Positions 1-12,013 of a stretch of DNA of 64,000 nucleotides are shown in pieces. Under the pieces are notes generated by a model that worked only from the letters and a program-made list of their open reading frames with translations, searched no databases and was not told the DNA's origin. The first letter of the stretch is position 1. Every line of letters starts with the position of its first letter. Both the position numbers and the translations under genes were made by a program. Source of the stretch: Paraspadella gotoi (lineage: Eukaryota; Animalia; Chaetognatha); contig CM119271.1 in NCBI GenBank assembly GCA_051294375.1, forward strand, positions 11,548,185-11,612,184, given 5' to 3'.

Positions 1-251
1 TGTTTAATAGGAGTAGACGTCGACGACGACGACGACGACGACGACGAACAACATGAATAAAAATGAGTTAAAACAACGAATGAGAAAAAAAGATAATCAT
101 TTTTTGGTTCATTTGAGTCACGTGATCAAAATTCGTTGGCGGCGAAACAACAAAAGACTCAAACACCATGAAATAATATGGGAGAGAGAGNNNNNNNNNN
201 NNNNNNNNNNNNNNNGAGGAGAGAGAGGGAGGAGGAGAGAGAGAGAGAGAT

Positions 252-297
<46 letters not shown>

Positions 298-302
298 AGG
301 AG

Positions 303-333
<31 letters not shown>

Positions 334-1196
334 GACAAAGATAGACAGAGGAGAAAGAGGAGGAAGGAGGGACGGGAGAGAGAGAGACATAGAGAGGGAG
401 AAAGAACTCCTTCCCCTTCCGACCCCATCCCCTCCCTCCCCCTTCCCGACCCTCTGTCCCGTTAATACCTCGTTATGAGAATTGGACGTCGGCAGCGAAA
501 GAGAGCGGAGGTGAGGTTAGGGGAAGAAGAGGCGGATATTTGGTGGGTAAGTTAAAGGTTGGGGTGAAGCTAAGTATGGGCGGGTAAGTCGAGGAGAGAT
601 CTGAGTGAGGGCGTTTGATGGCGACGAGAATTTCTCGCTGAACAAACGAGCCACGAGCCACGAGCCACTCACTGTTCACCACTCATTGTTCACCACTCAC
701 CGTTCACCACTCACCGCTCACCAGGTAATTACGTGCCATTACTATTCGCGACGACGGGCTGTTTTCAAAAGGGCGAAGGGCCTTTGGGATGGCGAGGGGT
801 TTGGGGGTGTTCCAGATGGGCTAGGGGTGTGTCAGAGGGGCTTGCGGGTGGGATAGGGAGAGAATGAGTTCGGGATTCAAAGAGCGAATCTCTCGCCCGC
901 TCTCTCTCTCTCTCACTCTCTCTCTCTCACTTTCTCTCTCTCTGTAGAAACTGCATTTTTCGTTCTGTTCCATTGAAAAGGCTGTTTGTAGAAACAGTGA
1001 GAAAAGAAAGAGACAATAATCGACTGTAAAAATTTTAACTTAGGTTAGTTCAAATAGAAATTAAAAATTAAATGACAAAAAGAAGTAAAGACTTCAGTGT
1101 ATGAAAGAAATAAAGATAGAGCAGAAAGGACAGGTGCAAGGATGGCACGAGACAGATGCAGAGAAAAGAAAGAGGAGATGCAAGAAAGTAAGAATT

Positions 1197-1253
<57 letters not shown>

Positions 1254-1264
1254 CTCTCTTTCAC

Positions 1265-1330
1265 CGGGATTTGTGTTTCAAGGTCAATAGGAACGAAGAA
1301 TACACGAAGACGATAACAACAACGATAATA

Positions 1331-1377
<47 letters not shown>

Positions 1378-1502
1378 AAAAAGACGAAGAAGAGGACGAC
1401 GACGATGAAGATGACGACGGCGACGACGATGAAGACGACGACGAAGAAGATGAAGAAGACATGAAAAAATCATAACCGAAACGAAAGTAAAAACTTTTTC
1501 CT
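1265..1502 (-). CDS. Candidate M2-M3 exon of the same channel (EEKVFTFVSVMIFSCLL...PLLRLF(V)n IIVVVIVFVYSSFLLTLKHKS)
   Basis: Open frame, phase-compatible with the M1 exon (G|AG). EKV, PLL and L.LKHKS fall roughly where EK, VPL and LN.HHRS lie in nAChRs; donor gtgaaa. However the acceptor lacks a pyrimidine tract and the middle is (GTC)n microsatellite. Confidence 0.3.
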
Positions 1503-1661
1503 CTTCTCGTTAACTTATTTTCGGGAATTGTAGGGCGCTCTCTCTTCTCTCTCTACTCTCTCTCTCTCTCTCTCTTCTCTCTCTTCGTCTCTCTCTCTCT
1601 CTCTCTCTCTCGACTCTCTCTCTCGTCTCTCGTCTCCCACTCTTTCTGATCACTCTCTCAC

Positions 1662-1740
1662 CCTGGCGAATCCTTGAGGCAGGCCATAAATTCGAAGTTA
1701 GTGTCAACGCCTGTTCAAGAAGCATACAAGGCATCACGAT
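1662..1740 (-). CDS. nAChR alpha-like subunit, M1 exon (IVMPCMLL...ALTL...), probably containing sequence indel errors
   Basis: 79 nt, acceptor ctctctccctcag, donor gtgaga, phase 0-1. IVMPCMLL matches the M1 consensus LIIPC.LI; the second half reads poorly as assembled. Confidence 0.75.
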
Positions 1741-2573
1741 CTGAGGGAGAGAGAAAGAAAAAGGAAAAGAGAATAAAGAGAAGAAGTGAAAGAGAGAGAC
1801 GAGACGAGAGAGAGAGCAGAGAGAGAGGAGAGAGGAAGACAGAGTGGAGAGGAGAGAGAGAGGAGAGAGAAAAAATATCATTACAAATAAAAATATCATT
1901 AACTTAAACATAGTAAGAAAAAACAAAGGAATCGAAAAAAACATAAACATTTGTTCGGTAGCTAAAATCTGTAGAAAAACAACAAACCACAACAACAACA
2001 ACATAGCAACAACAACAACAGCAACAATAATAACAACAACAACAACAACAGCAACAATAATAACAACAACAACATAGCAACAACAGCAACAACAGCAACA
2101 ACAATGGGCAATTTCGGCGAAACGATTTCTATTCTTAGAGATTTGTGTCGTTAAAATCCTTTCTTTTATTACTCTGTATTGATTGGCCAATCTCGCAGAA
2201 ATGCTGAATTCTGATTGGCTAATCTAACCGAAATACTGATTTTTGATTGGTCACTTTACTCGTTTTGTCTTAATTCTTATTTTCTCTCTTCTTTTCTTTT
2301 CTTTTCTTTTCTTTCCTCTCTTTTTCTTTTCTTTTCTTTTCTTTTCTTTTCTTTTCTTTTCTTTTCTTTTCTTTTCTTTTCTTTTCTTTTCTTTTCGTTT
2401 CTTTCTCTTCTTCGCCAACCGAGTTATGGTTTTTATGACCAAAACCAAAGTTTCTCTTTTTCTTTCTTTTGTTTTTGAGTTGTTGTTGTTGTTGTTATGA
2501 GAATCTTTGCTATCTTGAGAAAGACGCTTAAAGGAGTTAGGGGTCTCTTTAGTCGCATCATAACAACTCTCTC

Positions 2574-2620
<47 letters not shown>

Positions 2621-2815
2621 AACAAACATTCCAAAGGGAGTATAAGAAACATTGCCCAGGTTATTTGGGTCTTTATAAAAAAAATTTTCTCATTCTCTCT
2701 CTCTCTCTCTTTGGCTTTGTCTCTCTCTCTAATTCTCTTTCTTGGACTTTCTCTCTCTCATCCTTACTCTTTGTCTCTCTTCGTTTCCACCCCAGTTATT
2801 TTGTTTCAATTCATG

Positions 2816-2876
<61 letters not shown>

Positions 2877-3322
2877 ATATCTTTTATGAATAGATTTCAT
2901 TTCTCTTTTCTTTTCCTCTGGCGTCCATTTGATTCCAAATCTCCTGAGTTTTTCTCTCATTATTTTCTCTGACAAGAGGAATTCCGTCTCTCCCTCTCAC
3001 TCTCTGTCTTTCTAACTCTCTGTCTCACTCTCTGTCTTTCTAACTCTCTGTCTCACTCTCTACAAAAATAATATATCTGCAAGTTAATAACATTCTCTGA
3101 GAAAATACATCAAAATAAAAATAAAGTACCTTTTTTTCTGGCTAGAGATTATAAACTTTTATTTAATCATTTACAAGTAAGCTCATCGGCAATAATATAA
3201 ATTTAAAAAATAACAATCACTCAATCAATCAATCAATCGATAAAAAAATCAATCAATCAATCAATCAATAAATAAATAAATAAATAAAAAAATCCATCAA
3301 TCAATCAATCACTCAAATCCAC

Positions 3323-3493
3323 CTGAAATATCTGCAGAACTGGTTTCCTCTTCATCTTCATAGAATAATGCAACTGAGAATAGGGGACTTCGCAACAAGG
3401 ATACTTTATTGTGATTCTGGTTCCAGTCGTGTTGATGATGTCCCACCCTGTGTTGGTTACGAAGGCGTACGTCTCGATGTACTCGTGTTTTAA
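3323..3493 (-). CDS. nAChR alpha-like subunit, loop C exon (LKHEYIETYAFVTNTGWDIINTTGTRITIKYPCCEVPYSQLHYSMKMKRKPVLQIFQ)
   Basis: 171 nt, acceptor (ct)n-ccctcag, donor cag|gtggat (weak), phase 0-0. Vicinal cysteines in YPCCEVPY define an alpha subunit; pre-M1 KRKP follows. Confidence 0.93.
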
Positions 3494-3494
3494 C

Positions 3495-3542
<48 letters not shown>

Positions 3543-3719
3543 GATGAAGGGGAGGGAGAATGTGGGATAAGGAACCATATGTTTCATGTCTTGTTTACTC
3601 TTTACTTTTTGTAAACTAAAAGTTAAATATTTTCAGGATTTTTAGTATATTTCAAAAACTAAAACTATTAATAATAAATGAAGAAATTTAAAATTGAGTT
3701 AGTAACAGTGCATGACGTC

Positions 3720-3725
3720 AAAAAA
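3720..3725 (-). terminator. Pol III T-run terminator of the tRNA-Leu
   Basis: T6 run on the minus strand 5 nt downstream of the discriminator base. Confidence 0.75.
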
Positions 3726-3730
3726 GAACT

Positions 3731-3812
3731 TGGCAGCGGTGGGATTCGAACCCACGCCTCCGTAGAGACTGGTACCTTAAACCAGCGCCTTAGACCACTC
3801 GGCCACGCTAAC
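3731..3812 (-). tRNA. tRNA-Leu, anticodon AAG, intronic within the nAChR gene
   Basis: GTTAGCGTGGCCGAGTGGTCTAAGGCGCTGGTTTAAGGTACCAGTCTCTACGGAGGCGTGGGTTCGAATCCCACCGCTGCCA. 82 nt, A and B boxes, stem CTGGT/ACCAG with loop TTAAGGT, long variable arm; one 2:71 T-C mismatch. Confidence 0.93.
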
Positions 3813-3955
3813 ACGTTTTAATGATAAAAATAATTTTAGATAATTCTCTCTCAATTAAAGTTTAAAATAAAACTCCAAACTTAGAAACGTTCGTCCACTC
3901 AACCCTAATTGATCTTTTATTTATTAATTTTATTTATTAATGAAATTATGTAAAT

Positions 3956-3979
3956 GCGGGATTCGAACCCGAGACCTCT
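3956..3979 (-). pseudogene. tRNA-derived T-arm/B-box remnant (tRNA pseudogene or SINE head)
   Basis: Minus strand AGAGGTCTCGGGTTCGAATCCCGC is a B box with a T stem; no D or anticodon arm is recognisable. Confidence 0.45.
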
Positions 3980-4656
3980 TCACATCTCCCCCCCCCCAGT
4001 CAAAATGGCGCTTTTCTTTTCAATCACCACAAATCGATTTTTCTTTTCTTCAATAATAAATCACTTCTTTTCTTTTCTTTTTTTCTTTTCTTTTCTTTTT
4101 TTTATTTCTTTTCTTTTCTTTTCTCTTCCTTTCCTTTATTTTTTCTCCTTTCCGTTTTTCCTCGAGTCAACAACAACAACAACAACAACGACGACGACGA
4201 CGACGACGACACCTTTTTAATTCTTTTTTATTTATTATTTAGTTATTCTCATCTATCATTTCCTTTCTATCTATAATTTCAGTCTCCTCCTCTTAATTTT
4301 CCTATCTTATTTCCTCTTTTCTCTTTTCTTTTTCCTATCTTATTCTTTTCATTTCCTCTTTTCTCTTTTCTTTTTCCTATCTTATTCTTTTCATTTCCTC
4401 TTTTCTTTTTCCTATCTTATTTTTTTCATTTCCTCTTTTCTCTTTTCTTTTTCCTATCTTATTATTTTCATTTTTATGTTTTCCCTCAATGAGAACCAGC
4501 TCGGTCTCAAAAATTGAAATGCATTTCTCGTGCACCTGAAGATTCTCTTCAGCCGACTTTTAATCCAGCCTGCTCCTCCCAGAACCCCCTCCACATCCCT
4601 TAACCTCCCACCACCTCCCACCACCTCCCTTGCACCTCCCAGCACCTCCCTTGCAC

Positions 4657-4746
4657 CTGTAAGTCGATCTCTGACTCGTCGTGCATCCAAGTTGAAAATT
4701 CTAATTTACATTTTTGTTCGTCGAAGGGAAAATAAGTGATTTCGAC
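4657..4746 (-). CDS. nAChR alpha-like subunit, Cys-loop/loop B exon (VEITYFPFDEQKCKLEFSTWMHDESEIDLQ)
   Basis: 90 nt, acceptor tctccttcag, donor cag|gtgcaa (weak), phase 0-0. FPFD.Q.C signature and loop B Trp. Not in the ORF track; found by manual translation. Confidence 0.93.
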
Positions 4747-5203
4747 CTGAAGGAGAAAATGATATTTTGGGTCAAGTGTGGTCAGTTCTGATCGAGTGTG
4801 GTCAAACGTAGTAAAGTGTGATCAAGTGTAGTAAAGTGTGGTTAGGTTTGGTTAAATGTGGTGAAGGGTGGTTAAGTGTAGTCATATGTAGTCAGGTGTG
4901 GTCGAATGTGATCAAGTGTGGTTAACTATGGTCAAATGTGGTCAAATATGAACAAATGAGAGCAAAAATGTGGTCGGCGCGAGTCGGTCAGTCGCTGTCG
5001 GTAATGGGCTTCAACGATATTAATAGCGCCTCTGGCGTCAGTAAAAGTTTTTATTGGCAGAATTAAAATCATGAAGGCAAGAGGCATGGAGGCATGGAGG
5101 CATGGAGGTTATGAGAATGACAAACATTATCTCTTTTTATGACTCCCTTCCTCTCTATTTTCTCTGTCTCCCTTCTCTGAACCTTTTCTCTTTCCCTCTC
5201 TTT

Positions 5204-5243
<40 letters not shown>

Positions 5244-5541
5244 ATCCTTTCTAATTTTCCCACTTTTTTCTTTTTCTCTCTTTTTTCCGAAAACTCTTTC
5301 TTCTCTCTATCCTTTTTTTCTGTCTATTTTCTTTCTTTTCCTTTCNNNNNNNNNNNNNNNNNNNNNNNNNNNNNNNNNNNNNNNNNNNNNNNNNNNNNNN
5401 NNNNNNNNNNNNNNNNNNNNNNNNNNNNNNNNNNNNNNNNNNNNNNNNNNNNNNNNNNNNNNNNNNNNNNNNNNNNNNNNNNNNNNNNNNNNNNNNNNNN
5501 NNNNNNNNNNNNNNNNNNNNNNNNNNNNNCCTCCCCCTCAC

Positions 5542-5703
5542 CTCGCAAATGCTCTTAGTCGTGATGGACGGTGCCCAATAAACATCTCCATTATGGTTGA
5601 CGTTTGCGTAAAAATCTGCCTTTTGTTGAAAGTTGAGCATTTGTCCTGCTGTGTTGAGAAGGACCACATCTGGACGCCACATGTCCACGACCGGCATGTT
5701 AAG
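5542..5703 (-). CDS. nAChR alpha-like subunit, exon 3 in window (LNMPVVDMWRPDVVLLN...NGDVYWAPSITTKSICE)
   Basis: 162 nt, acceptor cccacag, donor gag|gtgagg, phase 0-0. Contains loop A WRPDVVLLN, G.V.W.P and the first Cys of the Cys-loop. Confidence 0.95.
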
Positions 5704-5884
5704 CTGTGGGTAGAGGGTGTGGGGAAAAATTGGTGGAATTTTAGTATACAAACTATGAAATAAATCATTAAATAAATAATAATTTACTCATTTGTTAATA
5801 ATAGTAGTTTTCAGTTTTCACAGTGGCTGAACGAAAAAGAGGAAGTAAGTTTTTGTTGGCTAATGTGGCGCCAGACTCAGATAT

Positions 5885-5930
<46 letters not shown>

Positions 5931-7324
5931 AGAAGAGAGAGAGAGTGGGAAGAGAGAGAGAGAGAAAGAGAGAGAGTGCGCTCATCAACATTTTCTCAAC
6001 TTGCAGTCTAAGTCGAAATCCCAGTTCGTTGCTTCGTTGCCATGACGAAGACAAAGACAAAGACACAACCTCATCGTAATCTTTATTCACTGGAAATCTC
6101 AAGTCTGTGATCTGTGATATTTTATCTTTTTATCTTTGCTGCTTTGTCGCTTTTATTCTCTTTCTTCCCTCACTCCTTCTCTATCTCTCCTTCTTTTCTT
6201 AACTAATTACTACCTCTCTTTCACTTTATCTCTCTCTCTCTCTCTCTCTCTCTNNNNNNNNNNNNNNNNNNNNNNNNNNNNNNNNNNNNNNNNNNNNNNN
6301 NNNNNNNNNNNNNNNNNNNNNNNNNNNNNNNNNNNNNNNNNNNNNNNNNNNNNNNNNNNNNNNNNNNNNNNNNNNNNNNNNNNNNNNNNNNNNNNNNNNN
6401 NNNNNNNNNNNNNNNNNNNNNNNNNNNNNNNNNNNNNNNNNNNNNNNNNNNNNNNNNNNNNNNNNNNNNNNNNNNNNNNNNNNNNNNNNNNNNNNNNNNN
6501 NNNNNNNNNNNNNNNNNNNNNCTCTCTCTCTCTCTGCTCTTCGGGCGTTCACATCATTTCATCCCCAGCGATGAATCCAGATAACGAAATATATTATATT
6601 ATTATATATATAATCGAAGAGTCAATCGTCTCTGCTCCTCGCTCTTCTTCTCTATTTCTCTCTCTCTCTCGTCTCTCTCTCTCTCGTCGTCTCTCTCTCG
6701 TCTCTCTCGTCGTCTAAGTGAATGTCTTCTATTTCTATGGAAGAAGCTCCCAGAAGCTGGTAGACGCTATCAGTAGCTATCAAAAGCTATCACTCTTTAA
6801 AATGCTTTAAAATGTTACGATTGCATTGCTCATATCACTTCACGATTTGCCACTCCAGTAAAATCTTTTACAAATAAGAATCACTCCATTTTTTACTCCA
6901 ATTTTTTTTCCGTTAACGATTTTGCTCTTCAAAATGTCTCGCTCTCTGTCTTCTTTTTCTTTTCAAAATGTCTCGCTCTCTGTCTTCTTTTTCTTTTCAA
7001 AAAGTCTCGCTCTCTGTCTTCTTCTTTTATCGCAAAATCCAAATGTTTTTTACTGCAACAAAATCTTGTCTTACAAAAAACAAATCTTTTAACTTTGTTT
7101 AAATGTAGCACTCAATCTTTTGTATTGCTCATTTGTATTGCTCAATTAACATCTACACTTAGGCTTCTTTATTCTACTAAATTCGATGACGGCCTAAAAA
7201 TAAATCCATGCAGCCCAATAAATCTCACAAAATCTATGACGTTAGCGACTGAAATCAATCAATTCCATTTTATTTATTTCTTTTGAATCAAAAAAAAAAA
7301 TCTCCGATGAATCGAAAGAAAGTT

Positions 7325-7366
<42 letters not shown>

Positions 7367-7948
7367 TTATTTTCTTCTTCTATTTTCTTCGATTGAACTC
7401 AAAACTATTTCATTCCCTCGAGAGGCGAAAACAAATTTGTGAAAAATCGATTTTGTGAATCAACGTGAGAAGCGAGTCTTTATTCTCTTCGCTCAACCTT
7501 AACACCATAACTTTATCTTGCCCTCACCTTATCACTATCACTCTATCACTCTATCACTATATCACTATATCACCCTATCAGTTTTTAATTGCAAAAAAAA
7601 ACTACAACTAAAATCAGACAACTTTATGTACCATTGTAGTTCTCTGAGATTAATAAACTATATTGTGAGAGAGTCTTGATTAATAAACTATATTGAGAGA
7701 GAGTCTTGATTAATAAACTATATTAAAAGCTTGCATGGACGTGCTATGTTAATATCTTGTAAAAGAGATGGAGGCCTTTGCCTTTGCCTTTGCCTTTGCC
7801 TTTGCCTTTGCCTTTGCCTTTGCCTTTGCCTTTGCCTTAGCCCTAGCCCTAGCCTTAGCCTGTTCAAAGTCAGGGATATGATAGATATTTATGATTCCAA
7901 ATTAATGATAATGAATGTCACTGGAAGCAGCTGTTGAGTTTCCTTTCC

Positions 7949-7995
<47 letters not shown>

Positions 7996-8036
7996 CCGTC
8001 TCGTCTCCTTTCACCTGATTAGTTTTCCTCACCCTC

Positions 8037-8074
<38 letters not shown>

Positions 8075-8169
8075 GAACAGATTTCCTCACCCATAACTCT
8101 CTCTCTTCATTGGCTCATCTTTGCTGTCTCCCTCGGCGATCGTTAAGATATTTTTTCATGCCTTTCATC

Positions 8170-8221
<52 letters not shown>

Positions 8222-8734
8222 TTGATGGAAAGGTGAGTGAGAGAGAGAGACACAGCGATTATAACGAATATCAATTTCGAGGTTAACGATGTTGCTGACG
8301 AAGACAATTATAAAACGACGACGACGACGACGACGACGACGATAAACTGACGACAACGACGACTACAACCATAAGGGGCTCATGATGTTCACGAAAAATA
8401 TTTGTTTTGAATAAGAAAATAAATTAGTATTAAATATGAGGAAAATAAGAAGGAGATGAAAAAAAAGAGAGANNNNNNNNNNNNNNNNNNNNNNNNNNNN
8501 NNNNNNNNNNNNNNNNNNNNNNNNNNNNNNNNNNNNNNNNNNNNNNNNNNNNNNNNNNNNNNNNNNNNNNNNNNNNNNNNNNNNNNNNNNNNNNNNNNNN
8601 NNNNNNNNNNNNNNNNNNNNNNNNNNNNNNNNNNNNNNNNNNNNNNNNNNNNNNNNNNNNNNNNNNNNNNNNNNNNNNNNNNNNNNNNNNNNNNNNNNNN
8701 NNNNNNNNNNNNNNNNNNNNNNNNNNNNNNNNNN

Positions 8735-8765
<31 letters not shown>

Positions 8766-11700
8766 TAAGGAATTTTTTTTCCTTCGCGCGATTTGTGATT
8801 TACGCCCAGAGATGTGGGCGGCGGCGGCGGCGGCGGCGGCTGCTGCTGCGGCGGCGGCGGTGGCGGAGGAGTAGGAGGGTGTGATTAGCGAAATTGATAA
8901 ATATACAAACGAGATGACGTATGAAAGAAAAGTAAAGATAGACAAACGGACGAATGGACAAATGAAAAAATTNNNNNNNNNNNNNNNNNNNNNNNNNTAT
9001 ATTGGCATGAACCAATTTCAGTTTTTGTTTAAGAAGGTCGCTTTCATCTATATTAACATCATGGAGGATGGAATCAAGGATTAATTTGTATAAAAAAGAA
9101 AAGAAGATGAAAATGAAAATTAAAGTTCTCTTGCTTCAAAGAGGGAAAATAAGTTGCCTAGATGACGGACACGAGGACGGAAAAGGAGAATGACGTGGGA
9201 GAGCAGCGACAAGAAACCGGATAAAGAAAGGCTGTGTTAAGACTAGGATATTTTCAAGGCTCCGAGACGAGGGGCGAATCGTTCTCGCGTCGCGGAACGG
9301 GGGCCGATAACCGCTTCCTTTTCTGATTAGAGCGCAAGGACATGACGCCATGTTAAATGCAGGAGGCGGTATCAGCGTTTTCATTCAAACGCCTCAAGCA
9401 GCCACCACTTCTCCCCTCGGCCCCCCCCCCCTAACGATCTTGCCTGGGTCGTTGAATTAAAAAGAGAGACGGCGCGCCCGGGACGAGAGAGAGACCGGGC
9501 GAACAAGGCGGGGGGCGAGAGAAGAAGGAGGCGGAGGGCCAATTCTAGCCGAAAAGACCTGTTGCTTACGTGTTTTTGTCCGCAGGAGATGGAACGTGCC
9601 GGCGTTTCTCGTAAAATCTTTCCAGCACAGATTCGGCGGGCAAGTGTGATTCCGGATCAAAATCCTTTCTAGCACTGGAACACGCGGATCGCTAAGCCGG
9701 CGACATTTTTCAAGTGGCGAAAATCGCCGGCGCCGCGGCCCATCTTCTTAAATTGCCTCCGGTTCGTATTTTTCTTCTTTTCTATTTTGCTGTGTTTAGA
9801 ATATTGTCGCAGCTCCGAAACAAAAAAAAAACAATGAGGAGATAGAGAGGGAGTGCGTTTTTGTTTGGGTTGTGACGACACCTCCCCACACTACGTATTT
9901 ATTGCCGTTTTCCGGTTTTCTCTCTTCTCTCCCTCTCACTTTTCGTTTTTTTGGTTTTCTCACGGGCGACGATTTTGGTTTGGGAAATACGAACCGGAAG
10001 TTTGAGGGAGAGTTCGTTCGATGAGTGGTGAATACATATATACTCTCTTCCAAGTTATCCTCGATGGAGACGAGAAAGAGGCTGAAATAGTTAAAGAGAG
10101 CGAGAGGAGAGTGAGTGAGAGAGGAGTGCTGAGGATGACGAGACTTGTGTTTGGAGGTTGATGTAAGACGGAGGAGACTTAGATTGTTGGTGGCTGAAGC
10201 AGGAGCGAGTGACGGGGGTCAGCGTATCTGGGAATTTATCATTGGGTGTACGGTTGGTTGGAGGAGGATGCAGGATTCCAGCCCATTTGTCGCCGAAACA
10301 GAACAAAATGATCAACGAAATGAATAAATATAAAGCTAAATCAGCAAAGGATGAAATAAATGATAAGGTGAGAATCAGCAATATGGAATAAATGGACAAG
10401 AAACAAGAAAAACGGGATGGAGTGAACGTACCATTCAGGATAAGTGGCATTTTGTGACGAACGTATGTTGGAAGCTTGGATGATGATGATGGAGTTGGAT
10501 TGATGGAGGCAGCCGAGTCAGGGATGGACAACTTAAGCCAGATTGATTTGGATGCTTCAGACCATAAAATGCCCCGGATACCGATGATTTTAAATGTTCA
10601 TTTGCGGATTTGTTGGTCTGCGGCCTCCTGCTCCTCTCTCCTCTTCCTCTTCCTCCTCCTCCTCCCTTGTCTTATCTGACGTCCTCATCTTTTTTGTTGC
10701 CAAAATCGATTTTTCTTTGTTTCGCCAAAAAAAGTCTCTTGACGCGATGATAGAGAGAGAGATGATAGAGAGAGATATGATAGAGAGAGAGATGATAGAG
10801 AGATATGAGAGAGAAAGAGATGATAGAGAGATATGATGGAGAGAAAGATGAAAGAGAGATGATAAAAAGAAAGATGATAGGGTGAGAGATGTTGGAGACA
10901 GAGATGATAAATAGTGAGATAGCAGAGAGTTGATAAAAAGAGAGATGACAGAGAGAGATAATGATAGGGTTAGAGATGATAGAGACAGAGGTGACAGAGA
11001 GAGAGAGATGACAGAGAGAGAGAGATGACAGAGAGAGATATGACACAGAGAGATGACAGAGAGAGACATATAATACCGAAGAAAGATGAAAGCTAAGATT
11101 AAGATATGTCACTGAGCAACAGACAAGAAATGTCATACAAGATGTGATAAATAGAAATCTTCGCCTCGAGAATTTCCTTTTATGGATTTCCTCACCAAAA
11201 TTTCTTGAGGCGATGGAAGATTCTTCATTGTCGTTGTCGTCGTCGTTGTTGTTGTCGTCGTTGTCGTCGTCGTCGTTGTTATCTTGATTGTTTAATAGAA
11301 AACTGATGTAACTTTAGATAATAGGGATCTTTGTGACTTTTGTTCAATGCCTCACTTCCTTCTAGTTGGCGGGTGAGTTAATTAAGGTGAATATCTTTTC
11401 CTCACTTTCTCTTCTCTCTCTTTCTCTCTTCCTTTCTTTCTCTTCTCTTTCTTTCTCCGCCGCAGTTCGGGTGAGTGAAAGAGACTGACTGACCTTTGGT
11501 GGTCTTGAGTGAGAGAATCGGCCAGTGAGGCCGAAGAAGGTGAGGCTGTGAAATTCACGTTCAATCATTGGGATTGGAGAGTGACTCTAACAACAACAAC
11601 AATAAAAACAACAACAAAAACAGCAACAAGAACAACACAAGGGAGATTCGTCTATGAGTGGTTGAATTCAGGAAATTTCAAAAATGAATTCAGATTTGAG

Positions 11701-11982
11701 TTCATGAATATGAATCTGTTGACTACATTCATCGTTTTGTCTGTTGGCCACAATCGTAAACGTCGGGTTCTTCGTCATCATCATCGTCGTCATCATCGTC
11801 ATTATCATAATCGACATTATCATCATCATCATCGTCATCATCATCATCATCATCGTCGTCTTCCTCGCCCCCCCCCTCTATCGGCCGCCTTCACCTTTCG
11901 GTTCTGAATTCGTTTGGATGGAATCTTTTTGCGTCGAAATCAATTAGTAGGAAGGAGAAAAGGGGAAAGGGCAGAGAGAGAT

Positions 11983-12013
<31 letters not shown>

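Noticed and set aside
722-765. A-R-V-A-I reading that would give a PAR anion-filter motif after the M1 exon
   Set aside because: It needs ad hoc base deletions, the rest is not M2-like, and it conflicts with the EEKV candidate at 1502.
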